Program-made: the position numbers and the translations under genes
Notes under the pieces: generated by a model
What the model saw: the letters and a program-made list of their open reading frames with translations, nothing else
Databases searched by the model: none
What the model was told of the DNA's origin: nothing
Shown: positions 1 through 14,334 of the stretch, piece after piece
Layout: the number at the start of each line of letters is the position of its first letter
Numbering within the stretch: position 1 is the first letter of the stretch
Source: Mobula hypostoma
Lineage: Eukaryota
Assembly (NCBI RefSeq): GCF_963921235.1
Contig: NC_086097.1
Coordinates: forward strand, 72,170,001 to 72,234,000
Reading direction: 5' to 3'
Length of the DNA stretch: 64,000 nt

Positions 1-79
1 TTACTGAAGGCTACCAAAACAAGTAATTCAACTAAATACTTTATTAATAATACTTTTTCTGTAAAAAGAGTTATTAATA

Positions 80-535
80 AGGTGAACAATCACCTCAAAT
101 AATGGAGAGGTGAACAAAGGCGAGGCTGAGTTGAGGGTTGCAGTGTGAGGCTGCAACGCGGTCAGAGAAAGTCGAGGCACTTCAAGACAAGGTTGGGGCG
201 AGAAGAGTGGAACAAGGCTGGAGTGGAGGAGAGGCAAACTTGAGATAGACTAACTAAACCGAGCGAGGGCTGCTTTGGACAGTGGTCTGCTCCAGTTGCT
301 CGGGGCTCCATGTCTGTGGGCTCCATGACGTCTACTCCACTATGTGCTGAACTAAGGGTAAGGCTGAGGGTGTGATCTGCTCTGGTTATTCCAGGCTCCA
401 TGTCTGGGGACTCACTTTCTTTCTAAATGCTATTTGCATATTTTTATTGGTTACATGATTTGTTTTTCTTCTCTCTGCACATTGGGTGTTCATCGGTCTT
501 CTTTTATGGGTTCTTTTGGGTTTCTTTGTTTTGTG
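80..535 (+). repeat. Unclassified interspersed repeat fragment (retroposon UTR-like), truncated by the adjacent CR1
   Basis: Internal imperfect repeat CTGCTC...GGCTCCATGTCTG at ~287 and ~377, followed by a T-rich UTR-like tract; no credible ORF. Confidence 0.35.
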
Positions 536-2700
536 CCTCCTGATTTCTTTCTTAAGTGTTCTCTTGCTTTTCTCCATAACTACCTCATTTGCTTCTACCT
601 GTCGATACCTGCTATGCACCTCCTCTTTTTTCTCAATCAGGGCTTCAATATCTCTTGAAAACCAAGGTTCCCTAAACATGTTATCTTTACCTTTTATTCC
701 AACAGGCACATACAAGCTTTGTACTGTCAACATTTCACTTTTGAAGGCCTCCCATTTACAACGTACATCTTTACCGTAAACAGCCTGTCCCAATCCACGC
801 TTGCCAGATTCTTTCTGATACCATCAAAACTGGCCTTTCTCCAATTTAGAATCTCACCCCAAGGGCCAGACCTATCCTTTTCTATATTTACTTTGAAGTT
901 AATGGCATTATGATCACTACATTATGACTGGCATTATGTTCCCTCCTTCAACTTCGGTCACCTGCCCTGTCTCAGTCCCTAATACCAATACATGTATCAC
1001 ACACTCTCTCTCATTGGGACTTCTAGGTACTGATTAAGGAAACTTTCCTAATCACATTTGACAACCTCTATCCTATCTAGTCCTTTTACAATATGGGAGT
1101 CCCAGTCAATATGTGGAAACTTAAAATCACTTACAATGACAACATAGTGTTTCTTGCAACAGTCTGTGATCTCTCTACAAATTTGTTGCTCTAAATCATT
1201 TGGACTGTTGGGTGGTCTATAATATAGCCCTATTAATGTTGTCATATCTTTCTTATTCCTCAGCTCCACCCATAAATCCTCACTAGATGAGTTCTCCAGT
1301 CTGTTGTGACATAGCACTGCCATGACATTTTCCCTGACTAATAATGCCACCACTCCAACTTTAATTCCTCCTGCTCTGTCACATCAAAAACAATGGAACC
1401 CCAGAATACTGAGCTGCCATTCCTGCCCCTCCTGCAACCAAATCTCATGAATGGCTACGATGTCATAATTCTAGGTGCTGATCTATGACCTGAGGTCATT
1501 TGGCTTTCCAACAATATTTCTTCCATTGAAATATATGCAGCTCAGGACATTATTCACACATGCTCAACTTTTTGATTCCTGACTTTGTCTGGGGTCTTCG
1601 CAACAACTGTCTCTACAACCTCTCCACTATCTGATCTAACACTTTGATTCCTATCCCAATGCAACTGTAGTTTAACCAACCCCCCACCCCCTCCCCTGTG
1701 CAGCACTAGCAAAGCTTCCCAGTAAGATATCAGTCTCCCTCCAGTCCAGGTGCAAACAGTCTCTTCTGTACAGGTCCCACCTTCCCTGGAAGACAGCCCA
1801 ATGATCCATAAATCTGATGCCCTCCCTGCTACACCAATTCTTTCATCACATGTTAAACTGTATGATATCCCTATTTATGGCCTCATTAGCGCGTAGCACA
1901 AGCAGCAATCCTGAGACACGATGCTGGAGGTCCTGCCCTTTTAATTTAGCACCTAACTCCCTGAACTCACTTTGCAAAACTTCATCACTCTTCCTACCTA
2001 TATGGACCACAACACCTGGCTGCTCACCCTCCCACTTAAGAATGCTGAGAACTTGATCAGAAATGTCCTGGATCCTGGCACCCAGGGGGCAAAATACCAT
2101 CTGGAAATCTCATTGTTGTCCACAGAACCTCCTTTCTGTTCCCCTAACTAACAAATCCCATATCACCACAGTATGTCTCTTCTCTCCACTTCCCATCTGA
2201 GGCACAGAGTCAGCCTCAGTCCCAGACACCTGACCATCGTGACTTTCTTCTGCTAGGTCATTCCACCACCCCCACCCCCCACAAGAGTATCCAAAGTGGT
2301 ATACCTGGTGTTGTGGGGGATGGCCACAGGGGTATTCTGCACTGGCTCCTTAATCCCTTTCCCCTTCCTGACTGTCAGCCAGTTTCCTGCAGCCTGCACC
2401 TTGGGTGTAACTACTTCTCTGTATGTCCTATCTATCACCCTTTCAGCCTCCCGAATGATCAGGAGTTCATCCAGTTCCAGCTCCAACTCATTCATATGGA
2501 GTTTTGGAGCTGCAGCTGGACGCACTTCTCTCAGGTGTGTTCATCAGGATACTGGAGGTCTCCCTGCCTTCTCACGTCCCACATCACACAAGTGGAGCAT
2601 TCAACTATCCTGCTTGGCATCTCTACTGGTCAAAATGTGCAAATAAAAAGAAGGAAAACAATAAATAAACAGGGGTAAAATCTACCAACAGCTTTTTTGC
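536..2700 (-). mobile_element. CR1 LINE, 5' half (ORF1 esterase + ORF2 endonuclease), decayed
   Basis: Minus ORFs: ELELELDELLIIREAERVIDRTYREVVTPK (ORF1), GEQPGVVVHIG (SGNH esterase), LWVELRNKK..GLYYRPPNS..DFKFPHIDW (APE), EPWFSRDIEALI. Confidence 0.9.
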
Positions 2701-2730
2701 CTTCTCGACTTCCTAGCCGGAAGACTACAT

Positions 2731-2883
2731 ATCTGCTCCTCACTGACAATCAACACTGGTGCACCTCAAGGAAATGTACATAGCCACTGCTCTACTCTCC
2801 CTATACCATGACTGAGTGGCTAGGTATAGCTCAAACACTATCTATGAATTTGTTCATGATACAACCATTGTTGGTAGAATCCC
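2731..2883 (+). mobile_element. Rex1/Babar-like LINE RT fragment, part A (host of the CR1 insertion)
   Basis: Encodes SSLTINTGAPQG...NTIYEFVHDTTIVGRI; the sequence resumes at 6753 after the repeated AATCCC. Confidence 0.8.
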
Positions 2884-5800
2884 CCTCAACAATAAGTACT
2901 CCATTTTGAGTGCTTTTGGGGAGGGACAGCCTACCTGGGGGAAGCAACAGCGACCATGCCTCTGGCACTGAGTCTAGCCCTGTGGCTCAGAAGGGTAGGG
3001 AATGGAAGAGGAGGGCAGCGGTAATAGGGGACTCTATAGTTAGGGGGACAGATAGGCAATCCTGTGGACGTGAAAAAGAAACAAGGATGGTAGCGTGTCC
3101 AGAATATCCTGAAATGGTAGGGTGAGCAGCCAGAGGTCGTGGTACATATTGGTACCAATGACATAGGTGGAGAAAGGGTGGAGGTCCTGAAAGCAGAATA
3201 CAAGGAATTAGGAAGGAAGCTGAGAAGCAGGGCCTCAAAGGTAGTAATCTCAGGATTGCTGTCCGTGTCACGCAACAGTGAGTATAGAAATAGAGTGAGG
3301 TGGAGGATAAATGTGTGCTGAGGGATTAGAGCAGGGGGCAGAGATTCAGATTTCTGGATCATTGGGACCTCTTCTGGGGCAGGTGTGACCTATACAAAAA
3401 GGAAGGGTTCCACTTGAATCTGAGTGGGGAGGTTTATTTTTTTCAAAACTTTACTGAAAAACTTTTTCACACAGAGGGTTGTGGTTCTGTGGAATGCTCT
3501 GCCTCAGAAGGCAGTAGAGGCCAATTCTCTGGATTCTTTCAAAAAAGAGTTAGATAGAGCTCTTAAAGATAGCGGAGTGAAGGGATATGGGGAGAAGGCA
3601 GGAAAAGGGTACTGATTGTGGATGATCAGCCATGATCACAGTGAATGGTGGTGCTGGCTCGAAGGGCTGAGTGGCCTACTCCTGCACCTATTGTCTATTT
3701 ACGGATGCTATTGGGGAAGGTTTAAACTAGATTTTCAGGGGTTGGGAATTGAAGTGAAGATGCAGAGGATGGGGAGGTTGGAGCACAAGTAGAGACAGCC
3801 TGTAAGGAGTTTGTGCGGAAGGACAGGCAGATGTTAGAGCAAAGATGCACTCAACCAGATGGTTTGAGATGTGTCTATTTTAATGCAAGGGGTATCATAA
3901 ACCGGACGGATGAACTCAGAATGTGGATCAATACGTGGAACGGTGACGTTGTGGTCGTTACAGACACTTGGATGTCTCAGGGGTAGGAATGGCTGCTGAG
4001 TGCGCCAGGCTTTAGATGTTTCAAAAAGAACAGAGAGGGAGGCAAATGAGGGGGGGTGTGGCATTGCTAGTTAGGGACAGTATCACAGCTGCAGTAAAGG
4101 AGCAAGTCATGGAAGGATTGTTTACTGAGTCAGTGTGGGTTGAAGTCAGAAACAGGAAAGGGACAATAACTCTACTGGGAGTTTTTATAGACACCCCCGC
4201 CCCCCCGATAGTAACAGGGATATCAAGGAGCAGATAAGGAAGCAGATTCTAGAATGGTGCCATAATAGTAGAGTTGTTGTGATGGGAGATTTTAACTTTC
4301 CTAATATTGAATGGCATCTCCTTAGTGCAAGGGGTTTAGATGGGGTGGAGTTTGTTAGGTGTGTTCTGGAAGGTTTCCTGACTCAATATGTAGATAATCC
4401 AACTTGAGGAGAGGCTGTACTTGATCTGGTATTGAGAAATGAACCTGGTCAGGTGTCAGATCTGTTGGAGGGAGAGCTTTTGTAGGTAGTGTCCACAACT
4501 CTATCTCCTTCACCATAGCGCTGGAAATGGATAGGAGCAGACAATTTGGGAAAGCATTAAATGGGGTAGGGGGAAATATGATGCTATTAAGCAGGAACTT
4601 GGGAGCATAAAGTGACAGCAGACGTTCTCAGGGAAATGCATGGCAGAAATGTGGCAAATATTCAGGGAATATTTGCATGGAGTTCTGAATAGGTATGTTC
4701 TATTAAGGCAGGGAAAGGATGGTAGAGTTAAAGAACCATGGTGTACAAAGTATGTAGAAAATCTAGTTAAGAAGAAAAGAAAAGATTACAAAACATTCAA
4801 GGAACTAGTTACTGTTAGAGCTCTAGAAAATTACAAGGTTGCTAGGAAGGAGCTTAAGAATAGAATTAGGAGAGCCAGAAGGGGCCATGAGAAGGCCTTG
4901 GCAAGCAGGATTAAGGAAAACCCCAAGGTATTTTTACAAGTATGTGAAGAGCAAGAGGATGAGCCGTGTGAGAATAGGACCAATCAGGTGCGATAGTGGA
5001 AACGTGCATGGAGTCGGAGGAGGTAGAGGAAGTACTTAATGAATACTTTGCTTCCGTATTCACCAAGGTAAAAGACCTTGGCAATTGTGGGGATGACTTA
5101 CAGTGGACTGAAATTGTTGAACATATAGACATTAAGAAAGAGGATGTGCAGGAGCTTTTGAAAAGCATTAAGTTAGATAAGTCACCGCAACCGGATGAGA
5201 CATACCCCAGGCTATTGTGGGAAGCGAGGGAGGAGATTGCTGAGCCTCTTTTGATGACCTTTGTGTCTCAATAGGGACAGTAGAATGTACCAGAGGATTG
5301 GAGGGTTGCAAATGTTGTTCCCTTATTCCAGAAAGGGAGTAGAGATAACCAAGGAAATTATAGACCAGTGAATCTGACTTCAATGGTGGGCAAGTTGTTG
5401 GAGAAGATCCTGAGAGACAGGATCTGTGAGCATTTGGAAAGACGTAATCTGATTAGGGATAATCAGCATGGCTTTGTCAAGAGCAGGTCTTGCCTTACAC
5501 ACCTGATTGAATTCTTTGAGGATGTAACAAAACACATTGATGTAAGTAGAGCAGTGGATGTAGTGTATATGGAGCTCAGTAAGGCATTTGATAAGAATCC
5601 CCATGCAAGGCTCCTTCAAAAAGTAAGGAGGCATGGGATCCAAGGGCTTTTCTTTGTGGATCCAGAACTGGCTTGCCCACAGAAGGCAATATGTGATTGT
5701 AGGTGGTTCATATTCTGCAAGGAGGTCAATGACCAGTGGCGTTCTGCAGGGATCTGTTCTGGGACCCCTCCTCTTTGTGATTTTTATAAATGAACTGGAT

Positions 5801-6752
5801 GAGGAAGTGGAGGGATTGGTTAGTAAGTTTGCTGATGACACAGAGGTTGGGGGTGTTGTGGATAGTCTGGAGGGTTGTCAGAGGTTACAGCGGGACATCG
5901 ATAGGATGCAGAACTGGGCCAAGAAGTGGCAAATGGACTTCAATCCAGATAACTGTGAAGTGGTTCATTTTGGTAGGTCCAATTTGAAGACAGAATATAA
6001 TATAAATGGTTAGAGTCTTGCCAGTGTGGAGGATCTGAGAGATCTTAGGGTCCGTGTAGATAGGACACTCAAAGCTGCTGCGTAGGTTGACAGTGTTGTT
6101 AAGAAGGCATATGGTGTGTAGGCATTCATCAACCATGGGATTGAGTTCAAGAGCTGTGAGGTAATGTTACAGCTATATAAGACCTTGGTCAGACCCCTCT
6201 TGGAGTACTGTGTTCAGTTCTGGTCACCTCACTACAGGAAGGATGTGGATACTATAGAGAGACTGCAGAGGAGATTTACAAGGATATTGCCTGGATTAGA
6301 GGGCGTAACTTATGACAATAGGTTGAGCATACTTGGCCTTTTCTCTTTGGAGCAACAGAGGATGAGATGTGTTCCGATAGAGGTGTATAAGACGATGAGG
6401 GGCATTGATCATGTGAATAGCCAGGTGCTTTTTCCCAGGGCTGAAATGGTTAACACGAGGGGGCATAGCTTTAAGGTGCTAGGAAATAGGTACCGAGAGG
6501 TGGTCAGGGGTAAATTTTTCACACAGAGAGTGGCGGGTGTAAGGAATGCATTGTCGTGGGTGGTGGTGGAAGCAGATATAATAGGGTCTTTTAAGAGCCT
6601 CTAAGATAACTACATAGAGCTTAGAAAAAAACAGGCTCTGTGCTAGGGAAATTCTAGGCAGTCTCTAGAGTAGGTTACAGGGTTGGCACAGCATTGTGGG
6701 CCAAAGGGCCTTTAATGTGCTGTAAATTTCTATGTTCTATGTTTTGTGTTCT
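2884..6752 (+). mobile_element. CR1 LINE, 5'-truncated in ORF1, with ORF2 through to the 3' tail; pseudogenised
   Basis: AVIGDSIVRGTD and VHIGTNDIG (SGNH); GGVALLVR..VWVEVRN (APE); NQHGF, SGVLQGSVLGPLLF, KFADD, LYKTLVRPLLEYCVQFWSP (RT); (TTCTATG)n tail; flanked by AATCCC TSD. Confidence 0.95.
3436..3699 (+). mobile_element. Short CR1 3' end nested inside the 2884-6752 CR1
   Basis: NFFTQRVVVLWNALPQKAVEANSLDSFKKELD plus 3' UTR ending CCTACTCCTGCACCTATTGTCTATT; interrupts the end of host ORF1. Confidence 0.85.
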
Positions 6753-7435
6753 AATCCCAGATAGAGATGAGAGGACATACAGGAGCAAGATATACCAGCT
6801 AGTTGAGTAGTGTCGCAGCAATAAACTTGCACTCAACGTCAGTAAGACGGAAGAGCTGATTGTGGACTTCAGGAAAGGTAAGATGAGGGAACATGAGCCA
6901 ATCCTCATAGAGGGATAAGAAGTGGAGAGAGTGAGCAATTTCATGTTCCTAGGTGTTAAGATTTCTGAGGATCTAACCCACCCCCAACATATCAATGCAG
7001 CTATAAAGAAGACAAGACATTGGCTATACTTCATCAAGAGCTTGAAAAGATTTGGTTTGTCAACTAAAACATGGAATAACTTCTATAGATGTACAGTGAA
7101 GAGCAGTCTGACAGGCTACATCACTGTCTGGTATGGGGGAGGGGAGGGGCTACTGCATATGACCAAAAGAAGCTACAGAAAGTTGTAAAATTAGTCAGCT
7201 CATCTTGGGTACTGGTCTCCATAGTATCCAACACATATTCGAGGAGCAGTGTGTCAGATTAAAGATCTATTATTAAAGATCTCCATCACCCAGGGCATGC
7301 CCTCTTCTCATTGTTACCATCAGGAAGTAGATACAGAAGCCTAAATGCACACACTCAGTGAATCAGCAACAGCTTCTTCCCCTCTGCCATACGATTTCTG
7401 AATGGACATTGAACCCATGAATACTACCTCACTTT
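6753..7435 (+). mobile_element. Rex1/Babar-like LINE, part B (RT C-terminus and 3' region)
   Basis: LNVSKTEELIVDFRK, ERVSNFMFLGVKISEDL, NFYRCTVKSSLTGYITVWYG, HPGHALFSLLPSG. Confidence 0.9.
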
Positions 7436-7439
7436 ACCT

Positions 7440-8560
7440 CAAAGAGCTAAAGCTTCAGAATCCCCACTCTAACAACACCCTTTCTGACAAAAGCCCTCTG
7501 CTTGCTCCTGCTTTATTTTAATTTGCCCATCCTAATTTGCCTCAAGACAGCAGGCATCTCCTCCTCTGTCCATGACCTCGCTGCTGCATTGCCTCATATC
7601 TGTAGACTCTGTGTCCATTTCCCAAGTAAATACAGATGCAAATAAATCCATTTAAGATTTCACCCATCTCTTTTGGCTCCATGCATAAATTAACACTTAG
7701 ATCTTACAGAGGATCAATTTTGTCTCACACTATCCTTTTGCTCATAATATATCTGTAGAACCCCTTAAGATTCTTCTTCATCTTGTCTACTAATACAACC
7801 TCATGCCTTCTTTTAGCCCTCCTGAGTTCCATTCCTAAGTGTTTTCTTGTATTTATTATATTCCAACTACCTCATTTGATCCTATCTGCAATACCTGCTA
7901 TGCATCATTTCCTTTTCCTTTAGGAGGGCTTCAATATATCTCTAAAGCCAAGGTTCCCTAAACCTGTTATCCTTGCCTTTTATTCTGTCAAGAACTTAAA
8001 GTACTAACTGTATTCTTAAAATTTCACTTTCTCCCACTTCCCAAGTATACCTTTGCCAGAAAACAACCTGTCCAAATCCACACTTGCCATATTCTTTCCA
8101 ATACCATCAAAATTGGCCTTTTTCTAACTTAGAATCTTAACCTGAGGGCCAAATCTCCATAATTACCTTGAAACTAATGGCATTATGATCACTGGATGCA
8201 AAGTTTCCCCTACAAACATTTGTCACCTGCTCTGTCTCATTCCCTAAAAGGAGATCTAGTATCATGTTCTCTCTGGTTGGGACTTCTACATATGGATGAA
8301 GGAAGCTTTCCTGAGCACATTTGACAAACTCTCTCCCATGCAGCCCTCTTACAGTAGGGGAGTCCCAGTCAATATGTGGAAAGTTAAAAATCACCTACTA
8401 TCACAAAATTTCTTGTAGCAGCCTGTGATCTCTCTCCAAAGTTGCCCTTCTAAATCCCATGGAATGTTGGATGGTCGATAATATAATCCCATTAACGTGG
8501 TCATGACTTTCTCATTCCTCAGTTCTACACATAAAGCCTCGCTTCATGAGTTCTCCTGTC
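7440..8560 (-). mobile_element. CR1 LINE internal fragment(s), endonuclease/linker region
   Basis: Minus ORF FNFPHIDW..YVEVPTRENMILDLLLGNE..SDHNAISF; homologous to 536-1350 and 11700-12650. Confidence 0.85.
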
Positions 8561-8829
8561 ATGAAGTTATCACATAAAACTATCTGGCCACCATATTTTA
8601 AGGACTTGGTTTGATCTTCAAATTATTAGTAGCATCATCACATTCTCATGCTCATATATTTGGATGGATTTGTAATTCTTTCACAGAAATATAGAGCAAT
8701 TTTGTTCCACAAGCTACAAGCATTTTGCATTACAAAGTTCCTTGCAGCAATGCTTCAAGTTTAGAACTTCTGCTTTAAGACTTCCCTCCACAATGGAGGA
8801 TGGCACTTTTAAAATCACACTTCTCACAA

Positions 8830-9692
8830 GCTAGGAATTTTTGTTTGGAGTGTAGGAGATTGAGAGGTGACGTGATAGACGTATATATGATCATAATAGG
8901 TATAAATGGATAAGCAACTTTGTAAATATTGGGTATCTGTTGCACATTGGATGCTCATGATTTCCAAAATTGAATGGTAGGATTCTTAGCAGTGTGGAGG
9001 GACAGAGAGATCCTGTGGTCTACATCCATAGATCTCTCAGAGGTGATAGGGTGGTTAAGAAGGTATATAGTGTGTTGACATTCATTGGTTGGGTGATTGA
9101 GTTCAAGAGCCATGAGGTAATGTTGTAGCTCTATAAAGCTCTGGTTAAACCATACTTAGAGTACCGTCTTCAGTTCTGGTTGCCTTGTTATAGGAAGGAT
9201 GTGCAAGCTTTAGAGAGGGTGCAGATGAGATACACTAGTATGCTACCCAGATTAGAGAGCAAATCTTATGAGAAAAGGTCGAGTGAGCTAGTGCTTTTTT
9301 TCTCTTTGGAGTGAAACAGAATGGGAGGCGACTTGATAGAAGTGCGTGTGATGATAATAGGTATAGATAGAGTGGACAGTCATCACCTTTCTTTCCAGAT
9401 CGGTAATGGTTAATAAGAGAGGGCATACTTTTAATGTGATTGGAGGGAAGTATAGGGAGGAATGTCAGAGGAAGGTTTTTAACACAGAGTGGTAAGTGGA
9501 TGGATCACACTGCCAAGGTGATGATAGAGGCAGATACATTCGGAAAATTTAAGAGTTTCTTAGAAAAGCACATGAATGGAAGAAAAATGGAGGCCTAAGT
9601 GGGAGGAAAGATTGATCGTGGAGTAAGTTAAAAGATGACCAAAATATTGTGGGCCAAGTAGCCTATCATGTGCTGTACCGTTCTATGCTCTA
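8830..9692 (+). mobile_element. CR1 LINE 3' fragment(s)
   Basis: LYKALVKPYLEYRLQFW-like segment; 3' UTR ending TGTGCTGTACCGTTCTATG; similar to 6020-6750. Confidence 0.85.
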
Positions 9693-10104
9693 AAGCTTGG
9701 AAGTGCAATACTTTGAACATGAAGACAATGCTTCCTTGGCTCTCAAAAGCAGTTGGCAAGGGTTTCACATACAATGCCAATTTAGCCTGCATTTCTCTTT
9801 GGGTCTACAATGACTGTTCCTGAGCTGTCATTAGTGGTGGGGTACCCTGCTGACAGATATATCATAACAAATTCTCAGAGCACTGATTATCCCACCATGA
9901 AGCCAAGCTTGAGCAAGAAAAAATGATGGGTAAATGAATCTGCCCTCTGTAAACAAGGATCAAAGCTGCAAATATCACAAAGTAAAACTGGTTTTCAAAC
10001 TGTTATAAGTCAAGTGAAGCATTTTTGAAATTCAAATAAACTTAACAATTATATTAATTAAACATCCAAGACACTTGGAAGATAATACTGATTCGTAAAG
10101 TTAT

Positions 10105-13100
10105 AGAATTATAAAGTCATAAAACACAACGACAAAGGAACAGACCCTTTAGCCCATCTAGTCTTTGCTGCACCCTTAATTTGCCTAGTCCTAATGCCCT
10201 TCATAACCCTCCCATCCATATACCTATCCAAATTTCTCTTAAATGTTGAAGTTGAACCCACATCCACCACTTGTGCTGGCAGTCCATTCCACACTTTCAC
10301 CACCCTCTGACTGAAGAAATTTCCCCTTGTGTTCCCCTTAAACATTTTACCTTTTCCTCTTAACCCATAATGTCTAGTTATAGTCTCACCAAACCTCAGT
10401 GGAAAAAGTCTGCTTGCATTTACCATATCCATACCACTCAATTTCGTATACTTTTATCAACTCTCCCCTCAATCTTCTACCCTCTAGGGAACAAAGTTCT
10501 AACCTATTCTACCTTACCCTATAGCACAAACCCTTCAGTACCACAAAATCCTTAGCAGTTTGCAAATAAGATGTAAATCATATTTACATTTTTCCTGTAG
10601 GTATGTGACCAAAACTGCGCACATTACTCCAAATTAGGCCTCACCAGCGTCTTGCACGATATATTCCAACTCTCGTACTCAGTACATTGATCTATGAAAG
10701 CCAATGAGGTAAAAGCTTTCTATACAGCCCTACCTATTTGTGACACCACTCTCAAGGAAATATGGATCTTTATTCCTAGATCCTCTGTTCTATTGCACAA
10801 CCATTCACTGTGTAAGACCTACCTTGGTTGGTCCTCTCAAAGCGCAACACCTCAAATATATTCCATCTGCCTTGTCTCAGGCCATTTTCCCAGCCGGTTC
10901 AGATCACACCTCAATTATTGATGGTCTTTCTTGCAGACATTAGTTCACAATCTTGGTGTCATCCACAAATTTGCTGATCCAGTTTACCACATTTTTATCC
11001 AGATCATAGATATAGATGACAAACAACAACAGAGCCAGCACTGATCCCTGCACCACACCACTAGAGACAGGCCTCCAGTCAAAGAAGCAAACATCTACTA
11101 CCATTCTTTGGCTTCTCTGGTGAAGCCAATCGCTAATCCAATGTACTACCTATTCATGAATGCCAAGTGACTGAACTTTATTAACCTACCTCTCATGTGG
11201 GACCATGTCAAAGGCCTTGCTAAAGTCTATGTAGGCAACATCTACGGCCTTGTCTTCATAAACTTTCATGTAACCTCCTCAAAAAAATACTATAAAATAG
11301 GTTACACATGACCTACCACAAACAAAGACCTGTTAACTGTCACTAATCAGCCCCTATCTATCCAAATATGCATACATCCAGTCCCTTAGAATAACATCCA
11401 ATAACCTTCCCACTACTGATGTCAGGCTCACGGCCTATAATTTTCTGGCATATTCTTAGAGACTTCCCCAAGCAATGGAACAACATCAGTTGTCCTCCAT
11501 CCTCCGGCACCACACCTATGGCTAGGGACATTTTAAGTGTCTCTGCTAGGGCACTACAATTTCTTCACTAGCCTTCCACAGGGTCCAAGGGAACACCTTG
11601 TCAGACCCTGGGGATTTATCCACCCTAATTTGCCTCAGGACAGCAAACACTTCCACCTCTGTGTTATGTATAGGGTCCATGACTTCACTGCTGCTTTGCC
11701 TCACTTCTATAGATCCTGTGTCCATCTCCCAAATAAATACAGATGCAAAAAATCCACTTAAGATCTCCACCATCTTGTTTGGTTCCACACATAGATTACC
11801 AATCTAATCTTCCAGAGGATTAATTTTGTTCTTTGCAATCCTTTTGCTCTTAACATATCTGTAGAAGCCCTTAGGATTCTCCTTCACCTTGTCTGTTGGG
11901 ATAACCTTATGCCTTCTTTTATCCTTCCTGATTTCTTTCTGAGGTGTTCTCTTGCATTTCTTATGCTCCATAACTACCTCATCTGTTCTTACCTGCTATG
12001 CACCTCCTTTGTTTTCTTAACCAGGCCTCAATATATCTTGATAACCAAGGTCCCCTAAACCTGTTATCCTTTTCTTTTATTCTGACAGAAACATACAGTA
12101 CAAACTCTGTATTCTCAAAATTTCACTTTTGAAGGTCTCCTCACTTACCAAGTCCACCTTTGCCAGAAAGCAACCTGTTCAAATCACATTTGCCAGAGTC
12201 TTCCTGGTATCATCAAAATTGGCCTTTCTCCAATTTAGAATCTCAACCCGAGTACAAAACCAACCTTCTTCATAATTACCTGGAAACTAATGGCATTGTA
12301 ATTAATCACTAGGGGTAAAGTGTTCCCCTGCACAAACTTCTGTCACCTGCCCTGTCTCATTCACTAATAGGAGACCTGTCTATATTTTGGACTTCTATGT
12401 ACTGATCAAGAAGACTTTCCTGAACACGTTTGACAAATGCTTTCCCATCCAGCCCTTTTACAGGATGGGAGTCCAAGTCAATATGTGCAAAGTTAAAGTC
12501 ACCTGCTATCTCAACATTTCTTGCAGCAGTCTGCAATCTCTACAAATTTGCTTCTCTAAATCACATGGAATATTTTTAATATAATGTATAATATAATCCC
12601 ACTAGCATGGTTATGCCTTTCTTTTTCCTTAGTTCTACACATGAAGCCTTGCCACACAAGCTCTCCAGTCTGGCCTGACTGAGCAATGCTGTGATATTTT
12701 CCGTGATTAGTAATGGCAACCCTTCCTCTTTAATCCCTCCCGCTCTATCACATCTAAAATAACAGAACCCTGGAACATTGAGCTGCCTACTGCAGCCAAA
12801 CCACAAGAATGGTTGCAATGTCATAATTCCACATGCTGATCCTTTCCCTAAGCTAATCTGCCTTCCCAACCATGCTCCTTCCATTGAAATGTAGGCAGCT
12901 CAGAACATAAGTCGCACCATGCTCAGCCTTTTGATTCCTGATTTTGTATATAGACTTAACATCCTTCACCACAACCACTCCACTATCTGTTCTGGTGCTC
13001 CGGTTCCCATCCCCTGTAGCACTAGTTTAAGCCCACTCCCCCCTTTGTGCAGCACTAGCAAACCTTCCCACTACGGTATTAGTCCCCTTCCAGTTCAGGT

Positions 13101-14310
13101 GCAAACCTTCCCTTCTGTTTAGTTTCCATCTTCCCTCGAAGAGAGCCCATCTCTTTAGCCACGTGTTAAACTGTATGATCTTCCTATTCCTGGCCTCACT
13201 GCAATGTGGCATAGATAGCATTCCTGAGATCACAACCCTGAAGTTCCTGTCATTTAACTTAGCACCTCACTGTATTAACTAAGTTTGTAGGAGTTATCAC
13301 CCTCCTACTCATGCCATTGCTACCAATATGGACCACAACCTCTGGCTGCTCACTGCACCCCCCCGCCAAACTTAAGAATGCTGTGAACTCAATCCGAGAC
13401 GTCCCTGACCCTGGCACCCAAGAAGTAACATACCATCTGGGAATTTTGTTCTCGTTCTCAGAACCTCCTGTCTATTTCCCCAACCAACGAATCTCCTATC
13501 ACTGCAGGTCACCTCTTCTTCCCACTTCCCTTCTGAACTACAGAGCCAGACCCAGTGCCAAGACCTGACCACTGTGACTTTCCTCTGTCAGGTCATTTCC
13601 CCTCCCGACAACAGTACCCAAAGTGGTATACCTGTTGATCAGGCGAACGGCCACAGGGGTATTCTACACTTGCTATGAATCTCCTTTCCCCCTCCTGCCA
13701 ATCACCCATTTACCTGTGTCCTGCACCTTGGGTGTAACTACTTCCCAGTATGTCCTGTTTATCACCCCCTCAGCCTCCAAAATGATCCAGAGTTCCGGCT
13801 TCAACTCCTTAACACGGTCTGTTGGAAGCTGTCGCTGGGTGCACTTCTCGCAGTTGTAGTCATCAGGGACACTGGAGATCTCCCTGCCTTCTCACATCCT
13901 GCAAGAGGAGCATTCCACTATCCTGCCTGGCATCCCCATTGCTCTAATTGTGCAAAAAATAAAGAAATAAATAATAAATAATGAGAAAATAATCTACCTA
14001 TGGGCTAGACCTCTCCTCATCAAAGCATTTGCTCCCCACCCTAACACTAGCCCACTCATGCAATGGCCTCTCCCACAATGGCTGCTCCACCTAAACCTAA
14101 CTTCCTTTTATTGGACTTTGCCACATGCCTCTACGCAATCCAAATGTCACCTTGGGAACTGTAGAGCACAAAATGTGCTGACTTCCCTCACTTGCTTCTT
14201 TTAATCTCTCTCACCGACTACACAATCCAATGTCTCCTCGGAAACTGTGGCGCGCAAAATGTGCCGACTGCTCTTGCTCATTTCTTTTAAATTCCCTTTC
14301 CATCTATGCA
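10105..14310 (-). mobile_element. CR1 LINE, near full length with internal deletions, decayed
   Basis: 3' GNFFSQRVVKVWNGLP; RT-region remnants; VDKSPGSDKVFP; APE remnant; ORF1 remnants at 13030-13940; 5' UTR-like sequence to ~14310. Confidence 0.9.
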
Positions 14311-14334
14311 ATCCAATGTCTTTTCAGGAACTGT

